Origin: Elusimicrobia bacterium GWB2_63_22
Lineage (GTDB): Bacteria > Elusimicrobiota > Elusimicrobia > Elusimicrobiales > UBA9959
DNA: 64,000 nt
Assembly (NCBI GenBank): GCA_001799735.1
Contig: MGUA01000006.1
Span: forward strand, 13,733 to 77,732
Reading direction: 5' to 3'
A model generated the notes under the pieces. It ran no database searches and was not told where the DNA came from. It worked only from the letters and a program-made list of their open reading frames with translations. Both the position numbers and the translations under genes were made by a program. Positions 53,199 through 64,000 of this stretch are shown here, in pieces (positions within the stretch are counted from its first letter, which is position 1; each line of letters opens with the position of its first letter).

Positions 53199-54524
53199 AT
53201 GAAAAACATAGAACAGGTCTGTAAAAAGATATTCAAGCTGGCGCGCGGCGTTCAATGCGAGGTCATGGCCGAAAAACGCGACAGTTCGCTGACGCGCTTC
53301 GCCGACAACGTCATCTCGCAGAACGTCGCCTCCTCCGCGCTGAATTTCTCGGTGCGGCTGCTGGACGGCGGCCGCTCCGCGAAGATGAGCTTCAACCAGG
53401 CCGACGACGCCACGCTCAAGCACGCCGTCGCCTCCGGCCTGGAGATACTCAAAAAACAGAAAAAAGACCCGGCGCTGCTGCCGCTGGCCAAACCCCGCCC
53501 GATAGCTCCCGGCAAAAACATGTTCGACAGGGAGACGGCGGAACTCTCGCCCTCCTTCCGCGCCGGGAAGGCCGCCGAACTGGCCCGGGCCTGCGGCAAG
53601 ACCGGCCAGATCGCCTGCGGCACCGTGGACAACGGCGCTTCCGAGCTGGTCATCGCCAACAACCTGGGCCTTTTCGTCAGGCACCGCGACAGCTCCGTTA
53701 CCCACAGCGTCACCGTTAAGGACCACGACGGTTCCGGCTGGGCGGAAAAGACCTCGCACGACGTGAAGAACATAGACTTCGCGCGCCTCAACGAGACCGC
53801 GCGCGCCAAAGCCGCGGCCAGCCGCAAACCCCGCGATCCCAAACCCGGCAAATATACGGTAGTGCTGGAGCCGCAGGCGGTGGCGGACGTCCTTTCCTAC
53901 ATGAACGCCTACAGCTTCGGCGGACAGTTCTACAACGAGGGCCGCTCCTTCGTCTGCGGCAAGCTCGGCAAACAAGTGCTGAGCCCGCTGCTGACCCTGG
54001 AGGACGACGCTTGGGGCGCCGCTCCCGGCATGCCCTTCGACTTCGAAGGCCAGCCCCGCACCAAGGTGACGCTGGTGGAGAGGGGAGTGCTGAAGGCCAT
54101 CGTTCACGACCGCAAGACCGCCAGGAAGGCCGGGACGGCCTCCACGGGCCACGCCCTGCCCCAGCCCAGCTACTTCGGCCCGCTGGCCATCAACCTGGCC
54201 GTAAAGCCCGGCAAGGATAGCCTGCAGGACCTGATAAAGGGCACCGAGCGCGGCATTCTGGTGACGCAGTTCCATTACACCAACCTGCTCAAAGCCCAGA
54301 CCATGGAGATCACCGGCATGACCCGCAACGGCACCTTCATGATAGAGAACGGCAAAGTGGCCTACCCCATAAAGAACATGCGCTTCACGCAGAGCATGGT
54401 GGAGGCCTTCGCCAACATCGAGGCGGTGGGGTCGGAAGCGGAATTCCTGCAGGGCTGGGGCTACATCTCCTGCCCTCCGATGCGCCTGTCCGGTTTCAAC
54501 TTCTCGTCCGCGACCAAGTTCTAA
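53199..54524 (+). CDS. pmbA: PmbA/TldE metalloprotease subunit
   Basis: TldD/PmbA-family pattern without HExxxH. C-terminal GENGKVAYPIKNMRFT-type motif. Adjacent to tldD. Confidence 0.85.
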   Translation: MKNIEQVCKKIFKLARGVQCEVMAEKRDSSLTRFADNVISQNVASSALNFSVRLLDGGRSAKMSFNQADDATLKHAVASGLEILKKQKKDPALLPLAKPRPIAPGKNMFDRETAELSPSFRAGKAAELARACGKTGQIACGTVDNGASELVIANNLGLFVRHRDSSVTHSVTVKDHDGSGWAEKTSHDVKNIDFARLNETARAKAAASRKPRDPKPGKYTVVLEPQAVADVLSYMNAYSFGGQFYNEGRSFVCGKLGKQVLSPLLTLEDDAWGAAPGMPFDFEGQPRTKVTLVERGVLKAIVHDRKTARKAGTASTGHALPQPSYFGPLAINLAVKPGKDSLQDLIKGTERGILVTQFHYTNLLKAQTMEITGMTRNGTFMIENGKVAYPIKNMRFTQSMVEAFANIEAVGSEAEFLQGWGYISCPPMRLSGFNFSSATKF

Positions 54525-54536
54525 GAGGATAAAAAA

Positions 54537-55982
54537 ATGTTCAAACTCGCTTCCAAAGCCATAGAAGTAGCCAACAAACACAAGGTGGACTTCGGCGACA
54601 TCCGCGTCGTCGAGGAACGCAACCAGACCGTGGCCGTAAAGAACGGCGAGATCAGCGCGCTGACGGACCAGACCACGCTGGGCTACGGCATCAGGGTGCT
54701 CTATAAGGGCGCCTGGGGCTTCGCCTCCGGCCGCGACATGACCGAGCGCGCCGTGGCCGACACCGCGCTGCGGGCCATCGCCATAGCCAAGGCCAGCCGC
54801 CTGCTGATGCGCGGGCGTGTGCGCCTGGCCCACGAGCCGGCCTACCAGGACTTCTGGCAGACCCCTTTCCTGAAAGACCCGTTCGCCGTGCCGGTGCAGA
54901 CCAAGCTGGACATGCTGTTCGCCCTGGACAAGACCCTGCGCGCCGACAAGAGGATAAAGGTCTCCGAGTCGGAGATGAACTTCATGCGCGAACACCAGTG
55001 GCACATGACCACCGAGGGTTCCCGCATCGAGCAGGTGCTGCTCAACTCCGGCGGCTGCGTCACCGCCACGGCGGTGCTTAACGGCGAGTCGCAGCTGCGC
55101 GGCTACCCGTGTTCCCACGGAGGCCAGTTCCTGGCCGGCGGCTGGGAGATAATAGAGGCCATGGACCTGCCCGCCCACGCCGACCGCGTGCGCGACGAAG
55201 CCATCGCCCTGCTCAAGGCCCCGGTCTGCCCCGCGGGCGTGAAGGACCTGATAATTTCCGGCAACCAGATGGCGCTGCAGATCCACGAGAGCGTGGGGCA
55301 CGCCAGCGAGCTCGACCGTGTGCTCGGCTACGAGGAATCCTACGCCGGTTCCAGCTTCGCCACCACGGAGAAGCTGGGCAAGTTCCGCTACGGCTCGGAG
55401 ATAGTGAACCTGGTGGCGGACGCCACCCTGCCCGGCGGCCTCGCCACCGCCGGCTACGACGACGACGCCGTGAAAGCCCAGCGCTGGCATATAGTCAAGG
55501 ACGGCATCCTGTCCGGCTACATGACCAACCGCGAGTTCTGCGGCCGCATCGGCAAGGACCGCTCCTGGGGTTCCTGCCGCGCCGACGGTTATTCCAACAT
55601 TCCGATAACCCGCATCTGCAACCTCAGCCTGATGCCCCACAAGGGCACTACCGAGGAGTTGGTGGCCGGAATCAAGGACGGCGTGATGATGGAGAACAAC
55701 ACGTCGTGGAGCATAGACCAGAGACGCCTGAACTTCCAGTTCGGCTGCGAGATCGGCTGGGAGATCAAGAACGGGAAAAAGGGCCGCATCCTCAAGAACC
55801 CCAGGTACCAGGGCATCACCCCGGAGTTCTGGGGCTCCTGTGACGCCATTGCCGGCCCCCAGGAGTGGCGCCTGTGGGGCGTTGCCAACTGCGGCAAGGG
55901 CCAGCCAGGCCAGCGGGCCATGATGTGCCACGGCTCAAGCCCGGCCCGCTTCCGCAAGGTAAAAATAGGTGTGCACGGCTAA
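54537..55982 (+). CDS. tldD: TldD metalloprotease subunit
   Basis: 481 aa. HESVGH metal-binding motif (IHESVGHASELD) and a C-terminal Gly-rich GxC motif region. Confidence 0.88.
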   Translation: MFKLASKAIEVANKHKVDFGDIRVVEERNQTVAVKNGEISALTDQTTLGYGIRVLYKGAWGFASGRDMTERAVADTALRAIAIAKASRLLMRGRVRLAHEPAYQDFWQTPFLKDPFAVPVQTKLDMLFALDKTLRADKRIKVSESEMNFMREHQWHMTTEGSRIEQVLLNSGGCVTATAVLNGESQLRGYPCSHGGQFLAGGWEIIEAMDLPAHADRVRDEAIALLKAPVCPAGVKDLIISGNQMALQIHESVGHASELDRVLGYEESYAGSSFATTEKLGKFRYGSEIVNLVADATLPGGLATAGYDDDAVKAQRWHIVKDGILSGYMTNREFCGRIGKDRSWGSCRADGYSNIPITRICNLSLMPHKGTTEELVAGIKDGVMMENNTSWSIDQRRLNFQFGCEIGWEIKNGKKGRILKNPRYQGITPEFWGSCDAIAGPQEWRLWGVANCGKGQPGQRAMMCHGSSPARFRKVKIGVHG

Positions 55983-56002
55983 AGGGCCTCCGCCCTGTAG
56001 AA

Positions 56003-56030
56003 AAGCGCCCCAAAAGGGCGCTTTTTTATT
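56003..56030 (+). terminator. Rho-independent terminator after tldD
   Basis: Stem AAGCGCCC / GGGCGCTT with loop CAAAA, followed by TTTTTTATT. Confidence 0.85.
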
Positions 56031-56031
56031 G

Positions 56032-56247
56032 TTGACTGCGCGGCCCCAAATATATAATATATAGATATCCTATTGAAAAGCCCTAAAAGGGGCCTTTTCT
56101 GTTCATTATTTCGTAACTATTTTCACCCATAAAACGGTAGCGAACACGGGTGTTAAAAAAGTTATCAACAGAAAAAGTGCTTAAAAAACAAGCGTTTTTA
56201 TACCGCGAAAACATTTTACTAACAGTTGTGGATAACTTGTGGATAAC
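56032..56247 (+). promoter_or_regulatory. dnaA upstream control region and candidate oriC segment: promoter-like hexamers, AT-only tract and DnaA boxes
   Basis: TTGACT (56032-56037) with TATAAT (56053-56058). Near-pure AT run 56048-56068. One-mismatch box TTATCAACA (56162-56170). Two perfect TGTGGATAA boxes (56227-56235, 56238-56246). Confidence 0.75.
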
Positions 56248-57591
56248 TTAACCGATATCAAGGAAGTCTGGCAAAAAGTGGTCGCTGAACTGGGTTCCGA
56301 TATAGGAACACAGGCGATTGACCTCTGGATACGCCCGATAAAGGCCCTTTTCATAGAAGGAGACACCCTCAAGCTCGAGGTGCCCGACTCCATTATTTAC
56401 GACACGGTAAAGCAGCGCTACGAAGAGAAGATCACCGCGCTGCTGGCCGCGCATACCGGCCGCGAGCTGAAACTCAACTACTCCATGTCGCTCGCCCCGT
56501 CGGAGCCGCCGCCCCAGTCCAAGGCCTCTCCGGCGGCGGCCGCGCTGCCCGCGGGTTATTTCTCCTTCAACCCCAACTACACTTTCGAGTCATTTATTAT
56601 GGGCACGTCCAACCGCTTCGCCTTCGCCTCGGCGGAAGGCGTGGCCAAGACGCCGGGCCAGACCAATCCTTATTTCATCTACAGCGCGCCCGGCCTGGGC
56701 AAGACCCACCTGCTGCACGCCATCGCCCACGGCATCATGAAGAACAACTCCGGCGCCCGCATCCTCTACACGGCCAGCGAGAATTTCGTCAATGAATATA
56801 TAGACGCGGTGCGCGGCGGCGCAGCGGAGCAGTTCCGCAGCAAGTACCGCAAGCTGGATTGCCTGCTGCTCGACGACATCCAGTTCCTGGTGGACAAGGA
56901 GCGCAGCGAAGAGGAATTCTTCTACACCTTCAACTCCCTGTTCGAGTCCAAGAAGCAGATCGTGGTCACCTCCGACCGGCCCCCGCGGGAACTGGCCCTG
57001 GGCCAGCGCCTTATCTCCCGCTTCCTGTCGGGCGTGGTAGCCGACATAAAGATCCCGGATTTCGAGACGCGCGTGGCCATCCTGCGCCAGAAGCGCGACG
57101 GGCACCGGTACGACATCCCCGACGACGTCATCACCTTCATAGCGGAGAACGTAAAAAAGAACATCCGCGAACTGGAAGGCTGCCTGATCACGGTAGGCAA
57201 TTTCTGCACCAACATGAGGATACAGCCCTCCATAGACGCGGTCCGCGAGATCATCAAGGACCACATAGCCGACCAGGACCACGAAGACAAGAAGATCACC
57301 ATAGAGCTCATAAAAGGCGTGGTTTCTGACAAGTACAACATAGAGCAGAAAGATTTCAATTCCAAGAAGCGCAGCGAGGTTATAGCTTTTCCCCGGCAGG
57401 TGGCCATGTATCTGGCCTGCAACCTCACAGAACTGTCCCTTAACGACATTGGCGACGCTTTCGGCCGCGACCACGCCACGGTTATCTACGCAAAGAACAA
57501 AATAGGCCAGATGGTGCAGACCGACCCCTATTTTAACGAGACGCTGAACCAGATAATTTCTAAAATAAAAGCTGTTAATAACCAGGGTTAA
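56239..57591 (+). CDS. dnaA: Chromosomal replication initiator protein DnaA
   Basis: GTG start; an in-frame TAA at 56233-56235 excludes upstream starts. AAA+ Walker A GLGKTHL, box VII, and C-terminal DNA-binding helix (..RDHATVIYA..). Confidence 0.95.
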   Translation: MDNLTDIKEVWQKVVAELGSDIGTQAIDLWIRPIKALFIEGDTLKLEVPDSIIYDTVKQRYEEKITALLAAHTGRELKLNYSMSLAPSEPPPQSKASPAAAALPAGYFSFNPNYTFESFIMGTSNRFAFASAEGVAKTPGQTNPYFIYSAPGLGKTHLLHAIAHGIMKNNSGARILYTASENFVNEYIDAVRGGAAEQFRSKYRKLDCLLLDDIQFLVDKERSEEEFFYTFNSLFESKKQIVVTSDRPPRELALGQRLISRFLSGVVADIKIPDFETRVAILRQKRDGHRYDIPDDVITFIAENVKKNIRELEGCLITVGNFCTNMRIQPSIDAVREIIKDHIADQDHEDKKITIELIKGVVSDKYNIEQKDFNSKKRSEVIAFPRQVAMYLACNLTELSLNDIGDAFGRDHATVIYAKNKIGQMVQTDPYFNETLNQIISKIKAVNNQG

Positions 57592-57721
57592 AAGGCTAAC
57601 AGAAAGTCAGTAAGCCCGTTTTGTGTCAGGACTGTCAGTAAAATCGGATAAGCTGTTAATAACTTTCTCCAATGATTTCAACCGCTTTGACACTATAAAC
57701 AGCCTACTCTTATAGAGGACT

Positions 57722-58843
57722 ATGATGATGAAAATAAACAGTAATAGGGAAACCTTGATAAAAGGGATCCAGACCATACAGGCCGGCGTTTCTTCCAAGA
57801 CCGGCACTATACCTATATTACAGAACTTCCTGATGGAGACCGAGGACAAGGGCCTCAAAGTGGTCTTCACGGACCTGGAGATGGCCATAAAACACCATAT
57901 ACCGGTGGACATCAAGGGCGAAGGCAGCATAACGGTGCCGATAAAGAAGTTCATGGAGATAGTCCAGAACCTGGGAGAGGACTCCGAGGTCAACATAGCT
58001 GTGGATGAGAATAGCCGCATCTCCATACACAGCGGCAAGTCCCGCTTCAAACTGGGAGGCGCCCCCAAGAACGATTACCCGGTCATCCCGGACCTGGATG
58101 AGAGCAATTCCTTCAAGGTGCCGGCCAAGCTCCTGGCCGAGATGATCAGCAGCACCATCTTCTCCGCCTCCACCGAGGACGACAGGCATTTCCTCAACGG
58201 CCTGCTCTGGAAATATGAGGGTGACCTGTTCTCCCTGGTAGCCACGGACGGCCGCCGCCTGGCCATCGCCTCCTCCAAGAAGGTTAAGGCCAAGAAAGAA
58301 TTCAAGGTTATCGTGCCCTCCAAGATACTGGGCGAACTGGCCCGTTTCATAAAGGGTGCTGGAGTGAAGGACGCGGAAGAAGTGACCGTGGGCCTCTCCT
58401 CCAACCAGATCGGCTTCAAGATCGGCAAGACCGTGTTCATCTCCAGGCTGGTGGAGGGAAACTTCCCCGCCTACGAGCAGATCATCCCCAAGAGCCACGA
58501 GATAGAGATCAACCTTAACGCCGAAAAGCTGATGGCCGTCACCAAGAGGGCCGCCATCTGCTCCAACGAGCGCTCCGGGGCCGTGAAGTATACCTTCAAG
58601 CCCGGCGCCCTGGTGGTGAACTCCGCCTCTCAGAGCATGGATTTCGAGGACGAGATAGAGACAGACTACAAAGGCAAGGAATTCCAGATCAGCTTCAACC
58701 CCAAGTTCGTGATGGACATCCTCAAAGCCGCCGGCAACAGCGACCTGACCGCGGAGTTCACCTCCCCGGCCACGCCAGCCCTGCTGCGCATGAAGGGCCG
58801 TGAAGAGCTGCTCTACATTGTGATGCCCCTGCGCACCCAGTAA
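57722..58843 (+). CDS. dnaN: DNA polymerase III beta sliding clamp
   Basis: 373 aa with a three-domain clamp pattern. N-terminal ILQNFL..E..L....TDLE and C-terminal ..YIVMPLR. Confidence 0.93.
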   Translation: MMMKINSNRETLIKGIQTIQAGVSSKTGTIPILQNFLMETEDKGLKVVFTDLEMAIKHHIPVDIKGEGSITVPIKKFMEIVQNLGEDSEVNIAVDENSRISIHSGKSRFKLGGAPKNDYPVIPDLDESNSFKVPAKLLAEMISSTIFSASTEDDRHFLNGLLWKYEGDLFSLVATDGRRLAIASSKKVKAKKEFKVIVPSKILGELARFIKGAGVKDAEEVTVGLSSNQIGFKIGKTVFISRLVEGNFPAYEQIIPKSHEIEINLNAEKLMAVTKRAAICSNERSGAVKYTFKPGALVVNSASQSMDFEDEIETDYKGKEFQISFNPKFVMDILKAAGNSDLTAEFTSPATPALLRMKGREELLYIVMPLRTQ

Positions 58844-58844
58844 T

Positions 58845-59150
58845 ATGTTCCTGGAGCGCAAGAAACAGAACTGGACCAGGGCGAACGACGTTTGCACGTC
58901 CTGGCGGTTCATGGGCTCGGCCGGCCTGGACAGGCTGGCCCTGCTGGACGCGGTGTGGAAGAAAGAGATGGGGCGCCTCGGCGAACATTGTGTCCTGCTC
59001 GGAGTGGAGCGCAACTGCATCCTGGTAAAGCCGTCCTCGGCGGCCGCCGCCAGCGAGCTGGCGCTGCGCAGTTCGGTCCTGGTAAAGGGACTAAACAAGT
59101 ATTTCAAGACGCCGTGGATAAAGGCCATAAAACCGGCCAGCAGCATTTAG
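58845..59150 (+). CDS. DUF721/DciA-family protein (putative replicative helicase operator)
   Basis: 101 aa. Pattern L..VW...G......C.LLGVERNCILVKPSSAAAASELALRSSVLVKGLN is typical of DUF721. Classic position between dnaN and gyrB. Confidence 0.7.
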   Translation: MFLERKKQNWTRANDVCTSWRFMGSAGLDRLALLDAVWKKEMGRLGEHCVLLGVERNCILVKPSSAAAASELALRSSVLVKGLNKYFKTPWIKAIKPASSI

Positions 59151-59157
59151 ACTTTAA

Positions 59158-61659
<2,502 letters not shown>

Positions 61660-61674
61660 TTAACGGAGCAACAA

Positions 61675-64000
61675 ATGGCAGACCATAAAGACCTTACACC
61701 CAAGCAGACGGAAAACATGTTCATCAACATCGTTGACCGCGACATCAGCGAGGAGATGCGCTCCTCCTACATAGACTACTCCATGAGCGTCATCGTGGGC
61801 CGGGCCCTGCCCGACGTGCGCGACGGCCTGAAACCCGTGCACCGCCGCGTGCTCTACACCATGGACGACATGGGCCTGCAGCACAACAAGCCCTTCAAGA
61901 AATCCGCCCGCATAGTCGGCGACGTGATGGGTAAGTACCACCCGCACGGCGACGCCTCCATCTATGACACGCTGGTCCGCATGGCCCAGCCGTTCAGCCT
62001 CCGCTACATGCTCGTGGACGGCCAGGGCAACTTCGGCTCGGTGGACGGCGACCCCGCGGCCGCCATGCGTTACACCGAGGCCCGCCTCTCCGGCATCGCC
62101 GGCGAGCTGCTGGCCGACATAGAAAAAGAAACGGTCAAGTTCGTGCCCAACTACGACGGCTCCATGACAGAGCCGTCCGTGCTGCCGGGCAAGCTCCCTA
62201 ACCTCCTGGTCAACGGCTCCTCCGGCATCGCCGTGGGTATGGCCACCAATATCCCCACCCATAACCTCGCCGAAGTCTGCGAGGCCACCATCGCCGTCAT
62301 CGAGAAGCCCGAGATCGACGTCAAGGACCTGATGAAGATCATCAAGGGCCCCGACTTCCCGACCGGCGGCATTATCCGCGGCCGCAAAGGCATCAAGGAT
62401 TACTTCGAGACCGGCCGCGGTTCCATCACCACCCAGGCCCGCGCCGAGATAGAGGAGATGAAGGGCAACCGCGAGTGCATCGTGGTCACCGAGATCCCCT
62501 ACCAGGTCAACAAGGCCACCCTCATCGAGAACATCGCCAACCTCGTCAAGGAAAAGAAGATCCCGGACATTTCCGACCTGCGCGACGAGTCCGACCGCCG
62601 CGGCATGCGCATCGTCATAGAGATCAAGCGCGACGGCAACGCCCAGGTGGTCCTGAACCAGCTCTACAAGCACACGCAGATGGAAGCCAGCTTCGGCGTG
62701 ATCATGCTGGCCATCGTGGACGGCCGCCCGCGCGTGCTGCCTATCAAAGAAGTGATGCTGCAGTACGTGCGCCACCGCCGCCTGATGGTGGTGAACCGCA
62801 CCAAGTACGACCTTAAAAAAGCCCTGGCCCGCGCCCACATCCTGGAAGGCTACCTGATAGCCCTGCAGAACATCGACGCCGTCGTCGAGATCATCAAGAA
62901 GGCCAAGGACGCGCTGGAAGCCAAGATGAAGCTGATGTCCAAGTTCGCGCTGAGCGACATCCAGGCCCAGGCCATCCTCGACATGCGCCTGCACCAGCTC
63001 ACCCGCCTGGAAGTCGGCGCCATCGAAGAGGAACACAAAGCCCTGATGAAGCTCATCGGCGAGCTGCGCGCCATCCTGGCCGACCCCAAGCGCGTCCTGA
63101 AGATCATAGTGGACGAGCTCAAGGAGATGAGGGACAAGTACGGCGACAAACGCCAGACCGAGATCACCGGCGAAGCCGCAGAGCTCGACATCGAGGACCT
63201 CATCCCCGAAGAAGACGTCATCATCACCATGAGCCACGGCGGCTACATCAAGCGCATCGCGGCCGACACCTACAAGGTGCAGGGCCGGGGCGGCAAGGGC
63301 ATCATCGGTTCCGACGTGAAAGAGGAGGACTTCATCGAGAAGCTCTTCGTCACCTCCAGCCACGCCACCATCCTGATGTTCACCACCCGCGGCAAGGTGT
63401 ACGCGCTCAAGGGCTACGAGATCCCCGAGGGCAACCGCACCTCGCGCGGCAAAGCCATAGTGAACCTGCTGCAGATCAAGGACGAGCGGGTCACCTCGGT
63501 GCTCGCCATCGAATCCTTCGCCGAAGCCAAGGGCAAGGAGAGCTTCATTGTGATGTGCACCCGCAAGGGCAACATCAAGAAGACGCCGATAGGCGACTTC
63601 GCCAACATCCGGCGCGGCGGCATTATCGCCATCGGCCTGGAGGACGGCGACATCCTGACCTCCGTGGGCCATACCGACGGCAAGTACGAGATCATCATCG
63701 GCACCAAAGAGGGCATGTCCATCCGCTTCAGCGAATCCGACGTGCGCTCCATGGGCCGCGGCGCCATGGGCGTGCGCGGCATCCGCCTGGACGATAAAGA
63801 CACCGTCATAGGCATGGAAGTGGCCGAACCCAAGACCAGGAAGACGCTGCTGACCGTTTGCGAGAACGGCTTCGGCAAGCGCACCGACCTGGACGAGTAC
63901 CGCCACCAGGGCCGCGGCGGCTCGGGCGTGATCACCATAAAGGCCACCGACCGCAACGGCGCGGTAGTGGGCATCTACCTGGTGGAGAACAAGGACCACC
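61675..64000 (+). CDS. gyrA: DNA gyrase subunit A, 3' truncated by the window edge
   Basis: Absent from the ORF track because there is no stop in the window. GGAG SD at 61665-61668. Hand translation from the ATG at 61675: [63 protein letters not shown] (canonical GyrA N-terminus), then ..GKYHPHGD... Confidence 0.95.
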   Translation, partial: MADHKDLTPKQTENMFINIVDRDISEEMRSSYIDYSMSVIVGRALPDVRDGLKPVHRRVLYTMDDMGLQHNKPFKKSARIVGDVMGKYHPHGDASIYDTLVRMAQPFSLRYMLVDGQGNFGSVDGDPAAAMRYTEARLSGIAGELLADIEKETVKFVPNYDGSMTEPSVLPGKLPNLLVNGSSGIAVGMATNIPTHNLAEVCEATIAVIEKPEIDVKDLMKIIKGPDFPTGGIIRGRKGIKDYFETGRGSITTQARAEIEEMKGNRECIVVTEIPYQVNKATLIENIANLVKEKKIPDISDLRDESDRRGMRIVIEIKRDGNAQVVLNQLYKHTQMEASFGVIMLAIVDGRPRVLPIKEVMLQYVRHRRLMVVNRTKYDLKKALARAHILEGYLIALQNIDAVVEIIKKAKDALEAKMKLMSKFALSDIQAQAILDMRLHQLTRLEVGAIEEEHKALMKLIGELRAILADPKRVLKIIVDELKEMRDKYGDKRQTEITGEAAELDIEDLIPEEDVIITMSHGGYIKRIAADTYKVQGRGGKGIIGSDVKEEDFIEKLFVTSSHATILMFTTRGKVYALKGYEIPEGNRTSRGKAIVNLLQIKDERVTSVLAIESFAEAKGKESFIVMCTRKGNIKKTPIGDFANIRRGGIIAIGLEDGDILTSVGHTDGKYEIIIGTKEGMSIRFSESDVRSMGRGAMGVRGIRLDDKDTVIGMEVAEPKTRKTLLTVCENGFGKRTDLDEYRHQGRGGSGVITIKATDRNGAVVGIYLVENKDH

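Noticed and set aside
53079-55931. 950-aa minus-strand ORF, the longest ORF in the window
   Set aside because: It lies opposite pmbA and tldD, which carry clear family motifs (HESVGH and others). The translation is repetitive (Gly/Ala/Val/Leu-rich) with no domain signature, so it is a shadow ORF.
56226-56247. Exact tandem 11-mer repeat, considered as a possible CRISPR, minisatellite or slippage artefact
   Set aside because: There are only two units with no spacers. Each unit contains the canonical DnaA box at the dnaA start, so it is interpreted as a regulatory DnaA-box pair.
61660-63999. 779-aa minus-strand ORF from the track
   Set aside because: It is antisense to an unmistakable gyrA reading frame. 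The product is low-complexity (Gly/Ala/Val/Asp/His-rich) with no recognisable motif, as expected for a GC-rich shadow ORF.

Overview
This is a visibly GC-rich, origin-proximal stretch of a bacterial chromosome (GC judged by eye, not computed). The organism looks diderm, because the window encodes TolC and PorV-like outer-membrane barrels. I cannot assign a taxon from sequence alone.

The right end carries dnaA-dnaN-dciA(DUF721)-gyrB-gyrA. An AT-rich region upstream of dnaA holds two perfect tandem DnaA boxes. gyrA runs off the window edge and is missing from the supplied ORF track; the 779-aa minus-strand ORF listed there is its antisense shadow.

The rest is mostly housekeeping:
- the pyrC-pyrD-pyrF-pyrE operon, mutL, mutS, dus, folD, rlmN, nadA, argF and argS
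- rsfS, a nadD-yqeK fusion, pmbA-tldD, nfu, and a PduO-type adenosyltransferase

These are interleaved with envelope functions:
- a tolC-macA-macB efflux operon with a textbook sigma70 promoter
- two paralogous GT-C/TPR membrane glycosyltransferase-like proteins
- ccdA, a CPBP protease, a lone pilT and a LytR_C protein
- many signal-peptide proteins of unknown function

I found no rRNA, tRNA, CRISPR array, transposase, integrase or recognisable defence system.

The loci I consider most worth follow-up:
1. Two separate bicistrons in which a large secreted protein ending in a T9SS/FlgD-Ig-type C-terminal domain is tightly coupled to its own PorV/PorQ-like beta-barrel.
2. An ECF sigma locus with a duplicated bipartite promoter motif, an unannotated 40-codon leader ORF ending in TGA-TAA-TAG directly before the sigma ATG, and a LiaG-like DUF4097 membrane protein.
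3. A monocistronic secreted protein built from five tandem copies of an unrecognised domain of about 68 aa.
4. A four-module flavo-iron-sulfur oxidoreductase fusion paired with a SoxB-like subunit.
5. RsfS fused to a histone-H1-like Lys/Ala/Pro tail.
6. Several long perfect or near-perfect hairpins in intergenic regions.

Many very long ORFs in the track are antisense shadows typical of GC-rich DNA and were rejected. All functional calls rest on motif recognition by eye; no database search was run.
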